Assembly: GCA_000708835.1 (NCBI GenBank)
Contig: DF237746.1
Location: 1 to 32,351, forward strand
Source: Klebsormidium nitens
Lineage: Eukaryota > Plantae > Klebsormidiophyceae
Length of the DNA: 32,351 nucleotides
Direction: 5' to 3'
The notes beneath the pieces were generated by a model. It saw only the letters and a list, made by a program, of their open reading frames with translations. It did not search any database and was not told where the DNA came from. Position numbers and translations under genes: made by a program. How positions within the stretch are numbered: the stretch's first letter is position 1; every line of letters begins with the position of its first letter. Below, one piece after another: positions 24,101-31,628 of this stretch.

Positions 24101-26268
24101 CCCCTCCAAGCTCCCTTATACAAACCCGCCCGCAACTGCCGCTAACCCTTCCCAAACCCTCCTCCCCAGGCACGCCCGCTGCTGACGTCCAAGCCGGGCC
24201 TGGAGCAGCTGGTCGACCCCGCCCTGGGCGGGCGATACAACTTTGATGACGTGGCGCGCGTGGCGGCCATCGCGAGCATGTGCGTGCAGCCGGAGGTGTC
24301 CCACCGGCCGTTCATGGTGGAAGTTGTGCAAGCGCTGAAAGTGGTGTACCAGGAGACGGAGCGCAGCAGCGCCAACGGGAGCGACACGAGCGACATCATC
24401 ATCTACGACATCGACGGGCGGGCCGTGCGCCGCAAGGCTTCCCAGGTGAGTAGTTTAACAGCTGGCAGGGTCTTCGGGTTGGACACGTTCAGAAGCTGAT
24501 TTGCCTGCGAGATTGGGGCACGGTTATCACTGTTAGAGACATCGATTGTCGGTTCAAGCGATCACATTAGGAGGTTTCGATACCGGGTTGAAGCATCAGC
24601 CTCGGAGGAATACGTGAGAACGGTTCGAGAAAGCTTCGTTGTTGCTGGAACGCTCTACTCGTCGGTCTTCACTGGCAGAAGGTTATCTCGCTCGGCTTAG
24701 AGCCAGCACGCTAGCTACCAATGGACAGGCCGACAAGGACAAGGATAAATGCATAGCAACTGGCAGAGTTGAGTTGACGGTACTCAGGGAAACAAGTCGG
24801 ATTGATCAGCGTTCGTGCATTTCAGCAAAATCGTACTATGCAGGTAATGAGAGAGTGATCTAGAGGAACTGAGCGAAGCTCATCTTAATGCAGGATCTGA
24901 CCAACACCGGATTGTCTCGGGAATTCGCTTCTGCTGCCCCGGTTGAGCGGAGCAACTCTGCTGCATTCCACACCATCGATTTTGACTCAGGCGTCACCAG
25001 GGCTGAGTCGGGGCCCCAGAGCAGAGTGAGCTTTTCGACGATCGAAACCTGGATTTAGTCAGCCTTTGGTCTGAGCCTGGCCTTCCGGAACCAGAAAGAG
25101 AGCGGGACTGGACTCAGGGGAAATTGCATGGCCACAATGTCGATGAGAATGAGATAAGGTTACTCCCCAAGTCTGTACACTGCCTCATTGAGCTTTGTGA
25201 GCGACGATGCGGCCGTCCTTGTTCTACTTGTTCTGGCTTGGTAAGCTTTACGTCCTGAGCGTTTATCGAATAGCTGAACCAACCCTCATTGTGAGCCCCA
25301 ACTACAGAACAGGATAATTCTGAAACGAGCTCAACGAGCGCAAGCCAGCTGCCTTCCCTTCATCAGATGGTACCTGCGTCGTTCCAAAGCTCAAATGTGC
25401 TCCAGCCTCCCCTTGGTCCGGCTCAGACGCTTCTTTGCTCCGCAGAGCGGCTTTCCGTGATGTCTCTGCTGCCTGGCGCAACTAAACCCCTCTCACCCGC
25501 TCCTGCTTCAAACCCAGCACATCGATGTGCAGCCGGCAATCAACTGCGCTTTCTTCCCCGTCTTACAATCAAGCGAACAACGACAACAAGATAGCAACAA
25601 ACCACCCCCCCACTTCCTTGACCTTCTCCTCGTCCCTCTCCCCACAGGAACTTTCCCAGGTCACCGCCGCTGCCCTTGGCGCCGGGCTCGCCGCCGCCGA
25701 GGGGCGAAAGTCGTGGGGAACCCCCGCCACCGCCCCAATCGCGACCCCGACGATTCCCCCGGCTGCCGAGGCCCCCAAGGTCGTGACCCGCTTCCCCCCA
25801 GCGCTGACAATTAATTCCCCGGTCGCTGACTCCTCCCCGGTCCTTCCGGCACCAGTCATTCCCCCATCCCCGCGGTCGATCAGGCAGTTTTCCCCGGCCC
25901 GGAGGTCGTACAGTGGAGGAGGCACCCCCACACGCTCGGGCCAGTCGCCATTGAGTGCGGCGTCGGGGCAGCTTGAGTCGCCTCAGAGCGTCAACAAAGA
26001 TTCCCCCGGGGGGCGGTTCACCTCCCCCGGGGTGCAGAGGCCGTCGCCGGGGACGGAGGCGAAGGGGCCAAGCTGGGCACGCAGGAGCGGTAGTTTGGAG
26101 ACGCGCAGGAGTGGTAGTTTGGAGAGGAGCAGCTCCGGTGCGGCAAGAGCGGAGGAGAAGGTGGATCCCACCGGCATGGCGCCGGGGCTAGATTACAGCG
26201 GCGAGATGGAGTACTACAACCCAGAACAGCCAGGATTGAAGGGCCCGAAGTGGGCTAGGAAAAGCTAG
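12101..26268 (+). CDS. ALE2-like: Giant ALE2/extensin-like receptor-like Ser/Thr kinase (RLK/Pelle), ~2247 aa, 15 exons: 12101-12197, 12429-12459, 12963-13313, 14060-17262, 18288-18848, 19222-19403, 19871-20102, 20565-20855, 21305-21528, 21932-22082, 22778-23021, 23619-23766, 24170-24445, 24894-25025, 25648-26268
   Basis: Phase-consistent GT-AG model of 6744 nt. Signal-peptide-like N-terminus ([16 protein letters not shown]), Pro/Thr stalk, Cys-rich ALE2-type ectodomain (DCPSPC...[11 protein letters not shown]...[11 protein letters not shown]), TM helix [26 protein letters not shown] followed by RRRR. Complete kinase motifs: [41 protein letters not shown], and [20 protein letters not shown], which resembles the ALE2 clade. 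The first three exons and the start codon (12101 vs 12038) are least certain. Confidence 0.8.
14304..17262 (+). repeat. Pro/Thr/Ser-rich mucin/extensin-like coding region, including ~228-bp (76-aa) higher-order tandem repeats at ~15170-16060
   Basis: ORF 14121-17282 is dominated by PT/PA/TP motifs. Near-identical segments occur 228 bp apart (e.g. GTACGTTGCCGCTCACCACTGTCACCCCGTCTGTTAC at 15421 and 15649), each built from alternating ~126 and ~102 bp subunits. Confidence 0.9.
22051..22392 (+). repeat. Three ~146-bp tandem copies of a kinase exon end ([10 protein letters not shown]) plus donor and intron start
   Basis: Donor-equivalent positions are 22083 (GTAAGT), 22228 (GTAAGC) and 22375 (GCAAGC), each followed by AGGCACCC. 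The first two spacers contain a pyrimidine tract ending in GCAG (22146, 22294). Confidence 0.9.
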
Positions 26269-26910
26269 GCAGTGTGGTCAAGTCTGCTAGTAGAGTGCCA
26301 AATCCAAGGCCGTCAGCATATCCTAGAGTCTAGAGTAGAGGCTTTGTGATGGATCACATGGAGCGGCGGCGGGCATTCTCATTGCCCATCACCGTCTGTA
26401 AATTATGTCACTTTGCTTGACGGTGTGCGGGAGTCGTTTGCTACCTTGCAGCAACCAAGGATGCCTCTTTTGCTGCAAGCCGAAAGTTGTCGCATGACAT
26501 AAAAGTCGGGTTACATGCATCTTGATTGCATGGGAGGATTGCATGCTGTCATGCCAGATCATGTCGCATGCGATTCGTGTCTGAATTAGTAGTTAAATCA
26601 AAAATTGGATAATAAATGAGGACATGCCGGTAGCATAGGCTATGACTCAGGCCCTAGGCTAGAACTTCAGACAGGTGTGACTTGTGAAAGAATGAAGCTT
26701 GTGCTTCATTCTTTCTTCTGTTCTATCCAAGGCTGTGGTAGAGACGGTGTAATAAGGAACTCTTGACAGCTGAACGATGGCCTAAAGTAAGTCTCATGTG
26801 CAAGCGCGGAGCGCGCGCGAGTAGTGCTGTGTATACCTATCACATTCATGGACCTTCTGTGATGCGCGGAATGTGGCGCAGAACAATTAGAGAAGAAAAA
26901 ATCAGGGTTC

Positions 26911-27702
26911 TGTGAGTGTGTCGTGGGAGTGAGAGTAGGCTCGTCCAGTGAGGGACGAGGCGCGCAGAGAGCGCGGAGTGTTCGGGCTGTTTAAAGAGCA
27001 GCCCGCTGTACGGTCTGTGAGACTGGGGCTGAGGTGGCTGTTTCTAGGTGGTAGAGTCTGCCGTTACCAGTTTGGCGCAAGGGCAATAGGCCACTTGCTC
27101 CTGAGGTGCTTCAGGAGGCAGGCCACTCGGTCTTATCTAAGGCTAGGGGTGGTCTCGCTGATCGGTATTTGTGGGGGGCTGCGCATGCGTAAAGGGCTTC
27201 GGCCTTTTGCTCAGCGGCGGGAGACCGTGCCTGCTGGGCTCCGGCACTGAGCTTGATCATTCAAGAAGTGCCGGTTGCGTGCGTTAAGCCTTACGGAGTT
27301 CCCCCGTTGCCGTGACTCGTNNNNNNNNNNNNNNNNNNNNNNNNNNNNNNNNNNNNNNNNNNNNNNNNNNNNNNNNNNNNNNNNNNNNNNNNNNNNNNNN
27401 NNNNNNNNNNNNNNNNNNNNNNNNNNNNNNNNNNNNNNNNNNNNNNNNNNNNNNNNNNNNNNNNNNNNNNNNNNNNNNNNNNNNNNNNNNNNNNNNNNNN
27501 NNNNNNNNNNNNNNNNNNNNNNNNNNNNNNNNNNNNNNNNNNNNNNNNNNNNNNNNNNNNNNNNNNNNNNNNNNNNNNNNNNNNNNNNNNNNNNNNNNNN
27601 NNNNNNNNNNNNNNNNNNNNNNNNNNNNNNNNNNNNNNNNNNNNNNNNNNNNNNNNNNNNNNNNNTTACGGAGTTCCCCCGTTGCCGTGACCTGGTGGCA
27701 CA
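26911..27702 (+). repeat. Putative 5' LTR (TGTG...CACA), interrupted by an assembly gap
   Basis: Starts with TGTGAG (26911) or TGTGTC (26917) and ends with GGCACA (27697-27702), shortly before a TGG-starting PBS-like site. No second LTR is available to confirm the boundaries. Confidence 0.5.
27321..27665. other. Assembly gap (345 N) whose flanks share a 26-bp identical sequence
   Basis: TTACGGAGTTCCCCCGTTGCCGTGAC at 27291-27316 and at 27666-27691. Confidence 0.95.
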
Positions 27703-27710
27703 AGTAGTGG

Positions 27711-27720
27711 TGGTGACAGC
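27711..27720 (+). promoter_or_regulatory. Putative primer-binding site (TGGTGACAGC)
   Basis: Begins with TGG (complement of tRNA CCA), 8 nt after the putative LTR end. Complementary to ...GCTGTCACCA, which I recall as a plant tRNA-Leu 3' end (unverified). Confidence 0.45.
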
Positions 27721-27722
27721 GC

Positions 27723-28420
27723 ATGGACCGTCAAGAAGCTATAGCTTGGAGCTCATTCCAGCAGAAGTGGGAAGCGTTCGCGGCAGAGTGGGTAGGTCTG
27801 CCAGGAGAGAAGTTGTGGGTGAACTTCTTGGCGAACAATCAGGAAGAGGCCGAGCTACTGGGGTTTGTAGTGGACTTGGCCGATCACTGGCCGATGGCGC
27901 AGAGCGGGTGCTTGACAGACTGTGTCATTTGTGACGCACCGGAGAGTGACGGAGCGTTTGCTGGCTTTGAAGCCGTAGACGGGTCAGAGCCGCTGCGGTT
28001 GTGGGAGGCGGGGCAGGCGCGGAGACATCCCTGCCATTGGTGCTGGGTTGAGGGTGCGGAGGAGATCAGGGAGAGCAGGCGTGCGGAAGAAGCGGGTGAG
28101 GACTTGAGTGCCCTGTTCAGGGAAGGGGGCATCGAGGACTTGGACTAGAACTGGCGGGGGAACGGCCCGGCACTCAGCTGCTGGACCTGCCAAGGGACCT
28201 GCTGGAGCTGATTGCTGAGAAAGCAGCGGTTGGGGCCCACCGCCGTTGGGTGTCGCTGTGGCACGTCTGCAGGCGACTGAGGTGGCTGGTTCTGTTGGGA
28301 GAAGACCCGCCGGAGGAGGTGGTAAGCGAAGGACAGGCGACCTGGGTGCGGTGGCCTGGGTGCGGAGGCAAAGCGATAGGGTTTAGGAGGGCGAGTCCTT
28401 CTTATGCCAGTGGAGACTAG
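27723..28420 (+). pseudogene. Extra upstream ORF (ORF0) of the retrotransposon: 141-aa frame with CxxC-x33-CxxC (27723-28148), continuing in the -1 frame into an F-box-like motif (28178-28294; stop 28418-28420)
   Basis: ATG at 27723, CVIC at 27921-27932, CHWC at 28032-28043. The -1 frame is open from ~28100 to 28420 and reads ELAGERPGTQLLDLPRDLLELIAEKAAVGAHRRWVSLWHVCRRLRWLVLLGEDPPEE. The ORF track missed it because it has no start codon. Confidence 0.6.
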
Positions 28421-28577
28421 GTCCCAGCTGGCTGCTCGCTACCGGGAGGTGGTGGAAGCGGTGTCGTAGAGTACGGAGCTGGTGCGAGCGGAGAGCGAGG
28501 GGTCGGTTGGGGAGGAGAACTCAGCGGAGTCCGAGCAAGCTAGCCAAAGGGGCTGGTGGGAGGAGGAAGAGACGGAG

Positions 28578-31500
28578 ATGGCGTCTGGCGCTGGTCCAGA
28601 GGGGAGGCAAAGGTTTTCGGGAAAGAAAGGTGATGGGCTGACTATCAAGCAGTTCGAGTTGATGACCAAGGGGAGCCTGGCGGACAAGTTCAAAAAGTTG
28701 CAGAAAGATGTGGGGAACGCGGTTGAGGGGCCGGAGTTTAACGGGAAGTACTGCATCTACCTGGGTGAGTTTTTGGACAACCCGGCGAAGTTGGCGCACG
28801 AGAGGGAGTACGAGGCGCATTGTAGGACGTCGGACCCTGTGGGGGCGCTGCTGACATCCTTGAAGCGGCACTTCGAGGACCACAAGGAGGGGAAGGCCCA
28901 GGAGTGGGTCCAGTTCAAGAGGGAGCCGGGAGAGGAGTTGCCGTCGCTGTTGTTCAGGCTGCAGGGACTCGCACTGGACTTGGAGAAGCCAGAGGGGGAC
29001 CAGGAGTTGGTCACAAAGTTCGTCACTAGTCTTGACAGGCGGCTGGCAGAACAAACTAGCTCGCAGGCATTGGCGGCAACCAAGGAGGCGGGAGGAGCGT
29101 ACACGCTGGATGAGGCGTACGAGGCCGCGTTGCGGGTGTCTGCCATCAACGCTCGCCTGAAGATAGCTAGGGAGTTGGCTCCCAGGGTGGCGGACGCGAG
29201 CAGGCTCAGGTGGAGTAACAAGCCGGCTGCGGCGCACGCGGCGACCGTCCCTGCGCCGGTGCAGCTGGTGGCGGCAGCTCCGGCCGCGCCGTCAGGGGGC
29301 TCCGGAGCGTGCCACAACTGCGGTGAGTTGGGACACTACCGGGGTTCGTGCCCACACCCGCGGAGGAACAGCTCCGGGGGGAGAGGCGCGGGCGCAGGCG
29401 GTGGGGGGCGCGGAGCTGGCAGGTCCAGGGCGTGTTATGTGTGCGGCGACACAGGGCACTTGGCGGCCCAGTGTGCGAAACGGGTGGTGCCGGTTGCAGC
29501 GGCAGCGCCGCGGCCCCAGGCAACTCAGAGCGTCACCAGTGCAGAGTTCGCGGAGTTCCAGGCCTGGAAGGCGACGGCGCAGGCGGCCGCGGCGGTTGGA
29601 GCAGGCGAGGAGGAGGATGAGGGCTCGGATTGGGATGATCAGGAGTACGAGTTGGGAGCGGTGGCGCTCCCACTCGTGGGGCCTGGGGTGGTCATGGCGG
29701 CGGCGGGCACGAAGGAAGGGGCAGTCAAAGCCAGAGCGACCAGGGCCGCCCAGAACGGGGGAAAGGGCAAAGGGGGTCAGGCACAGGGCACGGCCGCAGC
29801 GGGTGGCGGAGGGACGGGGGTTGGGACGGCGCAAATCGCAGGCCCGGTAAACCTTGCGGCCGTGGAAGCGTTGAAGGCAAGGCGGGATAAAGCAGCTGCG
29901 AAGGAGCGTTTGGTCAAACTTCCTGATCATGGCCGCCAGGTGGCGCCCCAGGGACTTAACAGATTGCCCAAGGGCTTTGCTGTGGGGAACGAGGGTGGAG
30001 GAGCTGACGGGGTTGCAGGGGTTTCGCGTGCGTATAGACCAGGAGCAGAATTGCTTGTGCAACCTGTGGTGACCGCCGAGAACACGGCCGCCGCGAGCGC
30101 TGTCGGCAGAACAGGGGCGGGGGCCCAGCAGCCGGGCATAGCTGGGGCGAACTCCGCTGTCTTCGGTGAAGTACGCCTCCCTGTTGCGCTGTTCTTGGAC
30201 CTCGCGGAGAGGGCGGGTCTGGACCTGGCCACGGTGGCGGCACTGACGCGGGGTAGCGCGACGTCAGGAGTTGGGCTTCCGGTGCGCAAAGGCCCAGCAG
30301 TACGAAGCCTCTCCCCGATCGCGCTAAGAGCCCAGAGGGCAAGGGATGGACAAATTGCTGCCAGCGCAGCGCAGGCGCCGGGGGCACAGGTGCGCGGCGC
30401 AGAGGTGGTCAAGGGCAGCGGGAAACACGGTGGCAGCGTGGTGGGACTGGCAGCACAGACGGTGCCAGCTGCTGGCGCCGCGCAGGCAGCTGAGGTCTTG
30501 GTCGAGGAGAAGCAGGCCAGGGAGGAAGTTGCGTTTGCGGAAGCAGTCGCGTGGGCGGACTTGCAGGAGCAGGAAGATCAGCCGGAGAGCTCCGCGATGG
30601 GGGCGGCGCGGGCGGAGGCTAGAATGGCCAGGGGGCGCGAAGGGCCGCGGGGTGACGCTGAATTGGCGCGTACCTTGGCAGCAGAAGAACGCGCGGCAGC
30701 AGAGGCGGTGGATGCGGAGCGCACGCTTGCCGTGAGCAGAGACGCGCGCGTGGCCAGGGAGTTACTGGAGCAGGAGGCACGCGATCAGGGGTTGGATCAG
30801 GAGGCCGCCATGTGCGCGCAGGGTGCGGGGGCGGCACGTGATTGTGAGGCAACGGGGACGCGCAAAGGGAAGGCAAAAGTGGACGCCCCTCTGATGCAGG
30901 CGATGGCATGGGAGAAAAAGCTCGGTGCCGGAGCTTGGAAGGGGTCGCAGCAGTTGGCAGAGGTGGTGGTGCAGCCCAAGGAGGACGTGGTGGTGGCGGC
31001 CGCCACGCGGGCGCAGGCGATGGCATGTTTCGCTGAGGGGAGACCGCTCGTCAGCCCGGCAGAGCGGGAGCAAGTAGAAGGGGTCCCTGACTGGGTTGAC
31101 AACACCAACAAGGTGGTCAAAGTGATGACTTCCAAGGGGTGGTGGGCCCCAGAGCGGGTGTTGTTGGACGGCGGGAGCTTCTACTCTATGGCGGGGGCAC
31201 GGCTCAAGGCGCGGTTGGGGTTGACAGAGGCAGACATGGATGTCGGCGGACACCGCGTACAGACCGCGATGGGGAAGGTGGAGGTGCTCTCGGGGGGCCT
31301 CACCAAACAACCTGTCCCAATAGTGTTGAACCCAGGAACCCAGGAGGAGTTGTGCGTGCTTGAAAAGCTCGCGTTCACGGAGTCAACGGGGTACGATCTC
31401 CTGATCGGGACCAGGGCTGCTTACCCGTCAGGCCTGTCGGTTGACAGATGGACAGAGCAGGGGGTGTACCGGGTTAACTGGCAGACCGAGGGGAACAAGG

Positions 31501-31628
31501 TGGGCAGGCTCCCCTTGAAACTCCACCAGGGGAAACCGGGGGGCTGGGCACAAGTGACAAGACGCGGAGGAAAGCGTCCAAGCAAGGGCGTAGCAGGCGT
31601 TGCCCTCGCTTGCTGCCTCACTCAATGA
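28578..31628 (+). CDS. gag: Gag-protease polyprotein (retrotransposon Gag core, two CCHC zinc knuckles, long Ala/Gly-rich spacer, aspartic protease)
   Basis: Gag core FKREPGEELPSLLFRLQGL...LVTKFVTSLD. Knuckles CHNCGELGHYRGSC (29310-29351) and CYVCGDTGHLAAQC (29433-29474). Protease VLLDGGSFYS (Asp at 31167) and GYDLLIG (31389-31409). Likely ATG at 28578 (GAGATGG); the frame is open from 28470. Confidence 0.9.
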   Translation: MASGAGPEGRQRFSGKKGDGLTIKQFELMTKGSLADKFKKLQKDVGNAVEGPEFNGKYCIYLGEFLDNPAKLAHEREYEAHCRTSDPVGALLTSLKRHFEDHKEGKAQEWVQFKREPGEELPSLLFRLQGLALDLEKPEGDQELVTKFVTSLDRRLAEQTSSQALAATKEAGGAYTLDEAYEAALRVSAINARLKIARELAPRVADASRLRWSNKPAAAHAATVPAPVQLVAAAPAAPSGGSGACHNCGELGHYRGSCPHPRRNSSGGRGAGAGGGGRGAGRSRACYVCGDTGHLAAQCAKRVVPVAAAAPRPQATQSVTSAEFAEFQAWKATAQAAAAVGAGEEEDEGSDWDDQEYELGAVALPLVGPGVVMAAAGTKEGAVKARATRAAQNGGKGKGGQAQGTAAAGGGGTGVGTAQIAGPVNLAAVEALKARRDKAAAKERLVKLPDHGRQVAPQGLNRLPKGFAVGNEGGGADGVAGVSRAYRPGAELLVQPVVTAENTAAASAVGRTGAGAQQPGIAGANSAVFGEVRLPVALFLDLAERAGLDLATVAALTRGSATSGVGLPVRKGPAVRSLSPIALRAQRARDGQIAASAAQAPGAQVRGAEVVKGSGKHGGSVVGLAAQTVPAAGAAQAAEVLVEEKQAREEVAFAEAVAWADLQEQEDQPESSAMGAARAEARMARGREGPRGDAELARTLAAEERAAAEAVDAERTLAVSRDARVARELLEQEARDQGLDQEAAMCAQGAGAARDCEATGTRKGKAKVDAPLMQAMAWEKKLGAGAWKGSQQLAEVVVQPKEDVVVAAATRAQAMACFAEGRPLVSPAEREQVEGVPDWVDNTNKVVKVMTSKGWWAPERVLLDGGSFYSMAGARLKARLGLTEADMDVGGHRVQTAMGKVEVLSGGLTKQPVPIVLNPGTQEELCVLEKLAFTESTGYDLLIGTRAAYPSGLSVDRWTEQGVYRVNWQTEGNKVGRLPLKLHQGKPGGWAQVTRRGGKRPSKGVAGVALACCLTQ

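Noticed and set aside
26080-26127. 24-bp tandem duplication encoding RRSGSLE twice (basophilic phospho-sites) and a possible functional link to the neighbouring cNMP-binding gene
   Set aside because: The repeat is real but ordinary in a disordered kinase tail, and gene adjacency in a eukaryote gives no evidence of a link.
26397-26616. TGTAA (26397) and AATAAA (26611) poly(A)-signal candidates, plus a CATG/GCATG cluster at ~26490-26580
   Set aside because: Short motifs expected by chance; cannot be assigned without 3'-end data.
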